DNA of 39,438 nt from the IMG/VR virus record IMGVR_UViG_3300021510_000002, positions 1 through 39,438 of that record. One strand, written 5' to 3'. Shown in pieces: positions 6,987-15,212 of this stretch. Within the stretch, counting starts at the first letter, position 1. Each line of letters begins with the position of its first letter. The position numbers and the translations under genes were made by a program. Source of the stretch: a virus (lineage: Duplodnaviria; Caudoviricetes). Under the pieces are notes generated by a model, which searched no databases, was not told the origin of the DNA, and saw nothing but the letters and a program-made list of their open reading frames with translations.

Positions 6987-7175
6987 CTAGTTAAGCCTCT
7001 CATAATCCACCGGCCTCTCAACAGTCGAATACCTCCCAAGTATCTCTATGACCAGGAACGGCTTCCCCTCAAGCCGGCATAACCTCTCGGCCTCTTTATG
7101 CGCCTCATCCCTGTCAAAGTGGATCTTTGTGAAGGTCTTAATGAGGACGTCTTTTACTACCGCGTACTGTGCCAT
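6987..7175 (-). CDS. hypothetical phage protein
   Basis: GGAGGAGG RBS; H...EA..EAERL motif. Confidence 0.65.
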   Translation of the reverse strand: MAQYAVVKDVLIKTFTKIHFDRDEAHKEAERLCRLEGKPFLVIEILGRYSTVERPVDYERLN

Positions 7176-7609
7176 CAGACCTCCTCCAAGAACCCAAGCT
7201 CTACTTCCATCCTCTCATCCTTGGCCTGTACCTTCCTCGTATGCTTCTGGAATATAAACTCATCCGATAGTCCAAGCTTCTCACACACCGCATCAATTAG
7301 CGCCTTCTCCAGGTTCTGCAGATCAAGCTTCCTAACCTTACCGTTCTTAAAGAGGGTCTCGGTGTAGATGTCCGCATTGAAGTACAAGTAACCTGTCTTC
7401 TCCGTCTTCCAGACAGGTACGAACTCTTTGACTTTGGTCTTCCACAGTCTAATCTCAGGCTTAAGCTCAACCCGCTTAAGTTTAAACATAACATTGTAGA
7501 GACTATTGCAAGAGACAGGTGGCATAGGAATAGAGAAGCTGATGAAGTCCTCACCCTCAACTCTATGCCTATTCACCTTGATATTCCCATGGCAGGACGC
7601 AAGGCTCAC
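7175..7609 (-). CDS. rusA: RusA-like Holliday junction resolvase
   Basis: PVSCNSLY, DLQNLEKALIDAV, DEFI motifs; start position uncertain. Confidence 0.8.
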   Translation of the reverse strand: MSLASCHGNIKVNRHRVEGEDFISFSIPMPPVSCNSLYNVMFKLKRVELKPEIRLWKTKVKEFVPVWKTEKTGYLYFNADIYTETLFKNGKVRKLDLQNLEKALIDAVCEKLGLSDEFIFQKHTRKVQAKDERMEVELGFLEEV

Positions 7610-7630
7610 AAAAGGTTCGCCTTGCTACGC
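7599..7630 (-). other. GNA-minihairpin / tandem G.A hairpin element, copy A
   Basis: Minus strand GCGTA-GCAAGGC-GAAC-CTTTT-GTGA-GCCTTGC. Confidence 0.65.
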
Positions 7631-7641
7631 CTACCATTTGT

Positions 7642-8184
7642 TTAACTTACTTTGCGCCACCCATAGAGCCTCTGACTAAACGTCCCCAAATCCACCTTCT
7701 TACCATGCTCATCCTTCTGCGTGTCCTTCTCATGCTTCACGGAGACTAAGATTTCCTTCCCGATGAGATTCGCAAGCCACTCATCATTGACCTTGATGCC
7801 CTTAAGCGGAATGTCTAAGGCAACGCACAGGTTCTTAAACTCAACCAAGTGTTGGTTAGCTTTCCACCACTTGCTATCCGCTCGACCCTTCACAGACATG
7901 TCTGCCGCGTACACCAAGTCCATGATGGACGTGAATATGGGCGCATTGACATACTTCTGAAGCGTCTCTCCAGACTCAGGATCCGTAACCTCAATCCCGT
8001 CCACCGGCCTCACATCAAGCTTAAGACTCGATATGTCCTTATCCTTATTCTGCTGTGCAGCAGCCTTATTAATCCTGACCTTAAGCCCCTTACAGACCGG
8101 AAACAGGTTCCTGTCCTGCTTCACGTCCGTTAAGTCCGCTACCTCGACCTCATCTGTGATGTCAAACGGTACTTGCTCACTCAT
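7642..8184 (-). CDS. ssDNA-binding protein (DUF669/gp2.5-like)
   Basis: Follows the Sak4-like ATPase; beta-rich, with an LIGKEILVSVKHE pattern. Confidence 0.6.
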   Translation of the reverse strand: MSEQVPFDITDEVEVADLTDVKQDRNLFPVCKGLKVRINKAAAQQNKDKDISSLKLDVRPVDGIEVTDPESGETLQKYVNAPIFTSIMDLVYAADMSVKGRADSKWWKANQHLVEFKNLCVALDIPLKGIKVNDEWLANLIGKEILVSVKHEKDTQKDEHGKKVDLGTFSQRLYGWRKVS

Positions 8185-8200
8185 GGTACGCTCTCCTTAT

Positions 8201-8998
8201 CTACGTTGTTGGGGACTTCGCCCCGTTGATTAAATTTGCTTGACCGATACTGTCTATAATCTTCCTGTAGTTTACGTCCTCCACGATCTCAGGCAGGTTG
8301 TACCGATTCTTTGCAGCACGCTGGTTTCCGGCCTGGCAACGGGCAGAGTAACGGTACTTATTCTCAGACAGCCTCTTCTTCTCAAGATAAATACTGGCCG
8401 AGAACATACCCGCTACCTTGTCCCTAAACCCGCCAAGTATTGCCGGTGCAATCGTCATGGACTTATCCGTCTTTGCCTCCATGGCCTCGTCTCCCTCAGT
8501 CTGCTCATGGCAGGAAACTACCACATTCCCCTTGAAGGACAGAAGCCTCGTTAGCGTGAAGTTATATAGCCATCGAGACAAGATGCCATACATGCCCCTA
8601 GTATCAGTTACTCCACTTGACGTCCTAAGTAACTCGTATTTTCCTAAGTAAATCCAGCGGTTCTCAGCGAGATAGGTAAAGTTATCCAAGAACAGCGTCT
8701 CAACCTCTCCCTTAGCTTGGTCGGCATGAGCTTTAGCAATAGCCGTCTCCATGCGCTCAAAGGTCGCTTTAATGTCCTCTCCCATGCTAGGTATAAACTC
8801 CTCAGCCCACACTAAGTTGTCTAAGAGAGTCGGATTAGACCTTGCCGTATCAAGCCCGTTTGGCTCCGTCCCAATGTAAGCAATCTTAGGGAACGTGAAG
8901 CCAAGGTACGTCTTCCCGGTCCCGCTTCCCCCATTAGACAGAATCTTAAGCGTCTGTCTAGCCTGTCCTGTCCTAATCTGGTCTGCCGTAATCATCAT
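8201..8998 (-). CDS. Sak4-like AAA_24 recombinase/ATPase
   Basis: GGSGTGKT Walker A, TLFLDNFT Walker B, CHE and AKNR motifs. Confidence 0.85.
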   Translation of the reverse strand: MMITADQIRTGQARQTLKILSNGGSGTGKTYLGFTFPKIAYIGTEPNGLDTARSNPTLLDNLVWAEEFIPSMGEDIKATFERMETAIAKAHADQAKGEVETLFLDNFTYLAENRWIYLGKYELLRTSSGVTDTRGMYGILSRWLYNFTLTRLLSFKGNVVVSCHEQTEGDEAMEAKTDKSMTIAPAILGGFRDKVAGMFSASIYLEKKRLSENKYRYSARCQAGNQRAAKNRYNLPEIVEDVNYRKIIDSIGQANLINGAKSPTT

Positions 8999-9906
8999 GT
9001 CGTCTCCCCCAAGTATTCCAGTGGATTGGTCTTCTCATAAAGCTGCTCAATGATTTGTGGGTCGGCACATGAGATGCAGATGGGCTTGTAGGAGCAGTAT
9101 CCGCACTGTCCCTCGTTCTTCTTCCACACTTCGGCACCACCTGCCTTTGCCGTCTCAAGACTTTCTATCCACCTTAAAGTATCCTGCTTCCAAGCCTTAA
9201 TCTGCTCGCTATTCCTATTGAAGAGTTGCCTCTGAAACTCATAGTAGAACCCGGCAGCCTCTCCCTTGTAAGCCCTCTGCCTATGTCCAAACCTTATCGC
9301 GTTTATGATGCCACCCGAGCACTCACCGTACTTGGCCTGGCAGTAAGCCGTGTATGCCGTCACTTGGGAGTTTGGCTCAAACCGGCTCCAGTAGCTCCAA
9401 TTGAAGGTCTTACCCGTTGTCTTATGGTCTACCCAGTAGATGCAACCCTGCTTCCTAACGACCATGTCGATCTTGACAAGGAAGTCTATGGAAGATGATC
9501 TGAGCGGAGCGAAGCGAACTTTGTGAGCTTCGCGGTCTGGAGACGTAAGAGAAGGAGAGCTAAGACAGAAGGAGTCCTTGACCTCTATAGACAGTATCTC
9601 AAGAGACTTATCTTCTTCTTGGTAGTGTTTAGCATAAGCCTCAAGGAGTAGGAGTCCATTGGCTTCTGTCTTAGCCAAGTCGTCCTGTGATAGCTGTACA
9701 GGATACTCTCTGGAGAAAGCCTCCTTTGCCTTATTCAGACCCTCTTTCTTGTAGTAAGCCTCCAGTCCCGCATGAATTGCCTTCCCGAAGTTACGGTCGT
9801 GCTCGTCATGGTCTTCCTCAATCTTCTTTAAGCCCTCGATGTAACGAAGCCTGTAACGCTCACTGCAATCTTTATAGGTCTGCAACTGACTATTATCGTA
9901 AGCCAT
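8995..9906 (-). CDS. Cas4/AddB-like PD-(D/E)XK exonuclease with 4-Cys Fe-S staple
   Basis: DCSERY, FGKAIH, KIDM...VDHKT, QVTAY, CGYCSYKPIC. Confidence 0.85.
   Translation of the reverse strand: MAYDNSQLQTYKDCSERYRLRYIEGLKKIEEDHDEHDRNFGKAIHAGLEAYYKKEGLNKAKEAFSREYPVQLSQDDLAKTEANGLLLLEAYAKHYQEEDKSLEILSIEVKDSFCLSSPSLTSPDREAHKVRFAPLRSSSIDFLVKIDMVVRKQGCIYWVDHKTTGKTFNWSYWSRFEPNSQVTAYTAYCQAKYGECSGGIINAIRFGHRQRAYKGEAAGFYYEFQRQLFNRNSEQIKAWKQDTLRWIESLETAKAGGAEVWKKNEGQCGYCSYKPICISCADPQIIEQLYEKTNPLEYLGETT
9504..9533 (+). other. GNA-minihairpin / tandem G.A hairpin element, copy B, inside the exonuclease gene
   Basis: GCGGA-GCGAAGC-GAAC-TTT-GTGA-GCTTCGC. Confidence 0.65.
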
Positions 9907-10146
9907 CTAATCTCTCGTTAGCTCTCTAGCTTCCTGAAACTTATTGGCATAGTCTATCTCCACCTGCTCAATCTCCTTCAATATCCTCTCCGCCATATGC
10001 CTTGGCGTTGCATAGACCCCATGAAACTGTGACTTGAATGGTGCCTCATTCAAGCATTCAAGCACGCCTTCAATGGCCTCCCTCATAGCTTGCCTTTTCT
10101 TCTCACTCAAGCTCTGCATATTTCTCCTCCCGGCAATTGGCCTCAT
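9907..10146 (-). CDS. hypothetical protein
   Basis: Contiguous gene chain; true start is probably MQSL after GGAGGAG. Confidence 0.55.
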   Translation of the reverse strand: MRPIAGRRNMQSLSEKKRQAMREAIEGVLECLNEAPFKSQFHGVYATPRHMAERILKEIEQVEIDYANKFQEARELTRD

Positions 10147-10294
10147 GTAAATCTAGCTCTGTCCTGACCCTCGCAAGCTCCCCTGCCACCTCCCAGAAGC
10201 CTTCTTGAGCCTCCCTTGAGGTATAGCTCACCTCCCACCTTTCCCGGCAACCTGGCCGTCTACAAGCAAATAGATGGTGATAGGTGGTAGTCAT
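10103..10294 (-). CDS. small Zn-binding protein
   Basis: CRRPGC...HEANC; ATGA overlap. Confidence 0.55.
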   Translation of the reverse strand: MTTTYHHLFACRRPGCRERWEVSYTSREAQEGFWEVAGELARVRTELDLHEANCREEKYAELE

Positions 10295-10536
10295 TTTTGG
10301 TCACTCCACGGTGAATAAGAATAAGGTTCAGAAAATGGGCTCTTCACATCACATGAGACAAAGTAACCTATCTTACTTTCTTTTCTCACTTTGCATTTTG
10401 ATCTATGATTAACCACTAATCTATGAAACAGAGCATCGTCCTCATTAAAAAGTTTTAAATCTTCCATGCTGTAAGGCTCCCAACAAGGCCCTGTCATAGT
10501 GAATTCTTTATCGCAATGCTCGCAGTACATTCTCAT
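10291..10536 (-). CDS. small Zn-finger-like protein
   Basis: CEHC...H...C; ATGA overlap. Confidence 0.55.
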   Translation of the reverse strand: MRMYCEHCDKEFTMTGPCWEPYSMEDLKLFNEDDALFHRLVVNHRSKCKVRKESKIGYFVSCDVKSPFSEPYSYSPWSDQK

Positions 10537-10964
10537 TTCTGAAACCCACCAAAGGAATTTGTAGCTTTCCTAAACCTATCCATCATGTCGAAGAAATCAT
10601 CCTCATTGAACCAGTTTTTCTCGTGCATGTGAGCAAGCCAGTCAATGATGGACGCAGGGCTTCTAAAGAACTGGTCGATGTATATGTAGTAGAATTCAAT
10701 ATCAGATGTACAGTCTCCTGCAAATTTGCATACTCCATCGTGGTTATACTCGACAAACTTTTTCTTTCTATCCTTCCACTCTTTTTTACTATCTTCTGTT
10801 TCGACTAGTTCCAGCAGTTCTTTTCCGGTGTAAGAAGTCTTTCCTTCAAACGGAGGCATATCTTTTGGCTCTTTCTTCCAAAAGAATGAGAAGCTTGTCG
10901 CAGGCTCGTTACCACACATTTCACATAGAGGAGTCTCTTTAAACTTGACCTTTTCATCAGTCAT
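10533..10964 (-). CDS. hypothetical protein with CxxC
   Basis: ATGA overlap with the RHH gene; CEMC and DWLAHMHEKNW motifs. Confidence 0.65.
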   Translation of the reverse strand: MTDEKVKFKETPLCEMCGNEPATSFSFFWKKEPKDMPPFEGKTSYTGKELLELVETEDSKKEWKDRKKKFVEYNHDGVCKFAGDCTSDIEFYYIYIDQFFRSPASIIDWLAHMHEKNWFNEDDFFDMMDRFRKATNSFGGFQK

Positions 10965-11116
10965 TTTTGACCCTCTTGGCACTCTATTTCTTTCCTGATA
11001 ATGAACTCAAGATGTGCGGCACGGGAACGTAGGTTTTTCTCCGCTATCTTGTCAAACTTTTTGGCGATATCTTCCTCAATATCCGCCGTAAACACAATTT
11101 CTTTAGCCATTTTCAT
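10961..11116 (-). CDS. 51-aa ribbon-helix-helix (Arc/CopG-like) regulator, absent from the ORF track
   Basis: GGAGG RBS; IVFTADI strand, EEDIAKKFDKIAEK helix, RSRAAHLEFIIRKEI helix. Confidence 0.75.
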   Translation of the reverse strand: MKMAKEIVFTADIEEDIAKKFDKIAEKNLRSRAAHLEFIIRKEIECQEGQK

Positions 11117-11134
11117 TACTTCCTCCATTCGTGT

Positions 11135-11163
11135 AAGTTATCACTTTGATACTTTTATGTCAA
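11135..11163 (-). promoter_or_regulatory. sigma70-like leftward promoter
   Basis: TTGACA-17 nt-TAACTT with TG extension, upstream of the RHH gene. Confidence 0.65.
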
Positions 11164-11179
11164 CAAATAGTTTTTTACT

Positions 11180-11228
11180 TTGACACTGGGGTATATTTAA
11201 GAATAAAATGTCCTCTGTAAATATACCC
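11180..11228 (+). promoter_or_regulatory. sigma70-like rightward promoter overlapped by an 11-bp inverted repeat
   Basis: TTGACA 11180-11185, 18 nt, TAAAAT 11204-11209; GGGTATATTTA 11189-11199 and TAAATATACCC 11218-11228. Confidence 0.65.
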
Positions 11229-11254
11229 TGCCCTCATAATAGGAGAAATTCCCC

Positions 11255-12247
11255 ATGCAAAACCGTGAAACAGATCGCCTTAAAATCCAGTCCTACTGTG
11301 GTAAAACCCTTCGTTCAAATTCCACCCCTCCCGAACCAATTATAGACAACTTTTTATGGATGGGGGACTGCGTTATGCTTCTTGGTTCAGAGAAATCAGG
11401 TAAGTCTATTGATGGCCAGCAAATGTTCGTATGTATCGTGACAGGTGAGCCGTATCTTGGAAAGTTTGAGGTTAAAAAGCCAGGGCCGGTCGTATACATT
11501 CAAGCCGAAGGCAAGCGTGATGAGTTTGTAGATCGCTTGAATAATATCTCTATGTCATTCAACAAATCCATGAACGACGCTCTCTTTCTACACATCTTCA
11601 AGAAATACTGTCCACTAAATGTCGAACTATTCCGTGAAGCCATATTTGAAAAGATAGATGCTCAAGTCAAGATTTGGGGTCAGAACCCAGTTGCCATCTG
11701 TATTGACTCTGTATACAAGTGTATAGACGGCGACTTGAATGAAAACCGAGATATCATCGCCTTTACCAACGCCATCGACGAAATCATCTCTCGCTATAAC
11801 TGTGCTGTCCTCATAATCCACCACGACTCAAAGGAATGGCGTAACGAGAAAACAAAGGAAGTCTTAGACCGTGGAGATAAAGGAAGTTACGGCTCTGTTT
11901 TCCTTCGTGCCTACGTTGACCATATCCTTTACCTCAAGATGCATAAAAACAAGTCTCGCACTCTCACCTGTGACACTCAACGTTCTGGCAAAACTAGTCC
12001 AGAAGTCCTTGAACTAATTCTGATCGAGCCATCCCCTCTTTGCTTTCAAATCAAAGGAGACTACAAACCATCCACCGAAATAATCCTTCATCAACTCCGC
12101 TTAAAAGGTCAGCTTAACTATACCCAACTAATCGAGCTTACTGGTCTTGCTCAAATCACTCTCCAACAAGGTATGGCGATATTGTTAAAAGACAAGAAAG
12201 TAGGATTTATTGACCTTAAAGAACGTTACTTTTTCCTCAAAGTCTAA
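11255..12247 (+). CDS. RepA/AAA_25-type replicative helicase-like ATPase with C-terminal winged HTH
   Basis: GSEKSGKS Walker A, VVYIQAEG, ICIDS Walker B, IIHHDSK, SYGS; AGGAG RBS. Confidence 0.85.
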   Translation: MQNRETDRLKIQSYCGKTLRSNSTPPEPIIDNFLWMGDCVMLLGSEKSGKSIDGQQMFVCIVTGEPYLGKFEVKKPGPVVYIQAEGKRDEFVDRLNNISMSFNKSMNDALFLHIFKKYCPLNVELFREAIFEKIDAQVKIWGQNPVAICIDSVYKCIDGDLNENRDIIAFTNAIDEIISRYNCAVLIIHHDSKEWRNEKTKEVLDRGDKGSYGSVFLRAYVDHILYLKMHKNKSRTLTCDTQRSGKTSPEVLELILIEPSPLCFQIKGDYKPSTEIILHQLRLKGQLNYTQLIELTGLAQITLQQGMAILLKDKKVGFIDLKERYFFLKV

Positions 12248-12269
12248 TCGAAAGTCAGATGCCAAAAAC

Positions 12270-12410
12270 TGTGGTATATGGTCATTTTATGGGTATATCC
12301 ATACACTATACATTAGATAGGGGGGTACTAATATACCCCCCCCTATAAAGATGTTAATAGATAGTGCAGTTTTTATACTAACTTTTTACTCTCTTTTTGA
12401 GTGGTGTTAT
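12270..12410. other. candidate replication origin or convergent terminator region
   Basis: GGTATAT repeats, ATAG6TA...TAC8TAT hairpin at 12317-12346, then an AT-rich tract, between convergent genes. Confidence 0.4.
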
Positions 12411-12419
12411 TCAGTGCAA

Positions 12420-12653
12420 CTACCTTCTATCATCCATCTGCTGATCAGCCTTCAAGTTTGCCTGGTTCTCTGGGCTCTCCATGTAAGCCAGATAAGCCTG
12501 GAAGGCCTCCTTACCCTCTGTCTCTACATAGGCTCTTATCAGCTGTCTCATAACCGGCCTCTCTTTAGCCCAAGCCCAGTCAAGAAACCTCCTGTAATCT
12601 GCCTCTGGACACTCCTCAATCCAATCATAAGCTATCTGGTTATCATCATGCAT
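12420..12653 (-). CDS. hypothetical protein (MHDDNQ...)
   Basis: GGAGGAG RBS before ATG12653. Confidence 0.6.
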   Translation of the reverse strand: MHDDNQIAYDWIEECPEADYRRFLDWAWAKERPVMRQLIRAYVETEGKEAFQAYLAYMESPENQANLKADQQMDDRR

Positions 12654-12798
12654 GGGCTTGCTCCTCCAGTCCTGCCTGTATGTCTGCAGTACAATCCTCC
12701 TGCCACTGTCTGCCACAGTTACATTGAAACTCATATATGCCGTGATCCAAGTCTTGCCCTGTTATAATGCTACCGCAAGTCTTACATTGTCTGTCCAA
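12646..12798 (-). CDS. 50-aa Zn-ribbon protein
   Basis: AAGGAGG RBS, TTG start; CKTCG...CNCG. Confidence 0.6.
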   Translation of the reverse strand: MDRQCKTCGSIITGQDLDHGIYEFQCNCGRQWQEDCTADIQAGLEEQAHA

Positions 12799-12939
12799 GC
12801 TTCCTCCTTTGTTGGTTCTCCCGGCTTACCTGTCTATCTGTCCAGCAATGATAGCCCCCACAGTATGAGAGCAATAGCAACTAGTGGTGGCCATATCAAG
12901 AATCCTATGACGATCATTAAGAAGCCCATGAGAACCATA

Positions 12940-13149
12940 CTATTCCTGCCGGTATAGTTGACTTAGCCGGTTATATACCAGGCACCACAAGCACCACTGA
13001 GTGCTGTCATCCGTGCTACTGAGACAATCTTCCTGCCCCTTTCCGACCTCATAGCACCCGTCATATAACCAAGGCCAGTTACCTGTCACGTAGGTCTGTA
13101 AGTCTATTGACTGGTCAGTAGCCTGCCTATGCCTTGTGAGCTTTCTCAT
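12940..13149 (-). CDS. hypothetical Cys-containing protein
   Basis: 69 aa ORF with AGGA upstream. Confidence 0.5.
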   Translation of the reverse strand: MRKLTRHRQATDQSIDLQTYVTGNWPWLYDGCYEVGKGQEDCLSSTDDSTQWCLWCLVYNRLSQLYRQE

Positions 13150-13216
13150 CTTGTTAGCTTCCTGTTGTTAGCCTTGTGTTAGTAGTCCTGCTATGCTAGC
13201 CCAAGCCTGTCAACGA

Positions 13217-13260
13217 GCGTAGCGACGACGAGGGATTTTCGTCCCGAGGAGGAGCTAGCG
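13217..13260 (+). other. hairpin with three tandem G.A mismatches and a GCGTAGC minihairpin, copy C
   Basis: TAGC-GA-C-GA-C-GA-GGGA-loop-TCCC-GA-G-GA-G-GA-GCTA; intergenic. Confidence 0.65.
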
Positions 13261-13456
13261 ACCCTGCCATGGCGTCAACAGGCATACTGTCAGTAGGCAT
13301 ACTGGGTGAGGATGACCTTTAAGCTATACCTCACGCGCGTCTTGAATCTAACGAAGCCAACCTGCGGGTTAGACAGGTTAGTCCCCAGCTTTGGCACGCC
13401 CCAGGCAAGCTCTTATTACCCACCCAGGCCATTCTTGCCTTGCTACTTACCATGTC

Positions 13457-13693
13457 TTACTTGTCTATCTCTTCCCACTCAAAGTCATCAGGTCCATACT
13501 GCCTTGCAACATACTTCTTGCCGCACTCCCTGCATAGCCCAGAACCCCTGTCATCTATGGCCTCTATGTAGCTACAGTCACAGTCTACCGGCCCGCACCT
13601 GCACTTAGACTCTGCCTCCTTGCAGTAGTTACACTCCTTCTCATACCAGGGCTCGATCTCTGCCTTTAGCTGTGCTTCCTGCCTCTCATCCAT
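13457..13693 (-). CDS. Cys-rich small protein
   Basis: Eight Cys in CxxC/CxC pairs. Confidence 0.6.
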   Translation of the reverse strand: MDERQEAQLKAEIEPWYEKECNYCKEAESKCRCGPVDCDCSYIEAIDDRGSGLCRECGKKYVARQYGPDDFEWEEIDK

Positions 13694-13760
13694 TGTTAGC
13701 TCTCTTGGTTATAGCCGGTTATAGCCTGTTTCTGGTATAAGCCTGTATAACTTGCTATAG

Positions 13761-13976
13761 CTATGCTGTCCCTGTTTCCGCTTCTCTAGTAGCCTGTCTA
13801 CCGGCAACCGGCATAGCTATCCTGGGATGTGTCTTTGCCCATGATCTGAACCCACACTTCGATGTACAGAACTTCTGCCAATTTCTTTTGACTGCAAACT
13901 TCCTTCCACATTCTCGACACTCAGAGTATGTAGATTTCTTTTCTGTAACCTTTTTTCGCTCTACGGTATTGGACAT
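13761..13976 (-). CDS. Zn-finger protein
   Basis: CRECGRKF...QKFCTSKC; GAGGAGG RBS. Confidence 0.7.
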   Translation of the reverse strand: MSNTVERKKVTEKKSTYSECRECGRKFAVKRNWQKFCTSKCGFRSWAKTHPRIAMPVAGRQATREAETGTA

Positions 13977-14409
13977 ATGTTCTAGCCTCCTCTAGTGTGT
14001 TAAACATCAAACTGCTTTTGATGCTGTTACACGTGCCACAGGCAAGAACAAAATTGGTATCTCTATTGTCCTTTGAATAGCAGTACGGCACGAAGTGATC
14101 GCAACAAACCTTAGTTTCTTGCAATTTCTTTGTCTTTGGATGCATATATGATGTCCCGAATGGGATCTCGCAATATAGACACTTATTATTTTGTATGAGC
14201 AACATTGCTTTGATTGCTTTACTCGATGGCCTTTTTCTCGCACTTAGTGCCTCAACCATCCTCTTTTGACGTTCAATAGTTTCCAAATCATATGGCATAT
14301 CACAGCATTGGATGATTTTGTCTATTATAAGGGCATATCTTTTGCAGTTCTTACAGTAAGCCCTTGGTATTTTTATAACTCCGTACGTGGCGATATGTAG
14401 CTTGTCCAT
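13921..14409 (-). CDS. HNH endonuclease
   Basis: CLYC...DHFVP...N...NFVLACGTCNSIK; AT-rich. Confidence 0.85.
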   Translation of the reverse strand: MDKLHIATYGVIKIPRAYCKNCKRYALIIDKIIQCCDMPYDLETIERQKRMVEALSARKRPSSKAIKAMLLIQNNKCLYCEIPFGTSYMHPKTKKLQETKVCCDHFVPYCYSKDNRDTNFVLACGTCNSIKSSLMFNTLEEARTYVQYRRAKKGYRKEIYIL

Positions 14410-14441
14410 TTGGCGGTCTCCGTTGCATTGTCATGTCATTC

Positions 14442-14471
14442 ATGATAGCCAACTAGATAACGCCTTGTCAA
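14442..14471 (-). promoter_or_regulatory. sigma70-like promoter for the HNH gene
   Basis: TTGACA-18 nt-TATCAT; a second TTGACA lies just upstream. Confidence 0.5.
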
Positions 14472-14511
14472 TGGATTGTCAATGAAGCTACGGGCTTATT
14501 TCAAGCCTTCC

Positions 14512-14715
14512 TCAAATCTGCTTCACCTTATGCCCCTGGAAATCAAAATGCACTACCTCTTTCTCATGCCTCACGCACCATATCTGTATCCCAGGCACTG
14601 TAAAGCCAACTTCAAGCCTTGCATACTGCCTCGGACTCATCTCGTCCGGCAAGCCTCTCGCACATTCCTTACAATGTAGGAATACCTTGATCTCACTAAG
14701 TTTAGCCTGCTTCAT
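14512..14715 (-). CDS. hypothetical Zn-binding protein
   Basis: HCKEC...LEVGFT...QIWCVRH. Confidence 0.65.
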   Translation of the reverse strand: MKQAKLSEIKVFLHCKECARGLPDEMSPRQYARLEVGFTVPGIQIWCVRHEKEVVHFDFQGHKVKQI

Positions 14716-14725
14716 AGCCTTCACC

Positions 14726-14878
14726 CTAGCACCCCGCCCCAAAGCAGGAGGTAAACCCTCCCATCTCTGTACAGGTACATATCTGTCCATTGACAGAGTA
14801 AGTCTGTATGCTAGCCTCTGTCTGTCCTGCCAATACCAAGCTTACTGCCACTAACCCCGCTATCATTGCTGTCTTCAC
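14726..14878 (-). CDS. 50-aa secreted Cys-rich micro-protein
   Basis: AGGAGG RBS, GTG start; signal-peptide-like MKTAMIAGLVAVSLVLAGQTEA; four Cys in the mature part. Confidence 0.6.
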   Translation of the reverse strand: MKTAMIAGLVAVSLVLAGQTEASIQTYSVNGQICTCTEMGGFTSCFGAGC

Positions 14879-14894
14879 GTTATGCCTCCTCCTG

Positions 14895-15071
14895 TTACTT
14901 ACCCTCCCTCACCCTCAGCCTCCTAGCCCTCTCATAAAGCCTGTGCATCTCCTTATGCCTCGTGCAGTAATGCTTGCTTGCCTTGTCCAGCGGCATCCCA
15001 TCCCTCGTACATCTGCCGGCCTTCTTCTGTTTCAGGTAATACCTTTGAGACGCCGTAAGCTTTCCTGGCAT
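14895..15071 (-). CDS. 58-aa basic protein
   Basis: MPGKLTASQRYYLKQKKAGRC...YCTRH. Confidence 0.55.
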   Translation of the reverse strand: MPGKLTASQRYYLKQKKAGRCTRDGMPLDKASKHYCTRHKEMHRLYERARRLRVREGK

Positions 15072-15212
15072 ACTTGTTTTCTGTCTCCCTCTTGTGGTAC
15101 ATTAAAAAATGGACGGGTGTTTAAGGGCCTGCCCTTAACTAGCTTCGCATCCCGAACAAAACCCTCAACAATGCCAACCCGTAATCTATGTCCGACATCA
15201 AAGGGCACCGCC

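Noticed and set aside
8211-8224. GGGGCGAAGTCCCC hairpin on the minus strand as another element copy
   Set aside because: Short and lacks the GAAC/GTGA tandem mismatch core; may be chance or a simple mRNA stem.
8995-9906. Cas4 as part of a CRISPR system
   Set aside because: Its context with Sak4, SSB and RusA is a standard phage recombination module.
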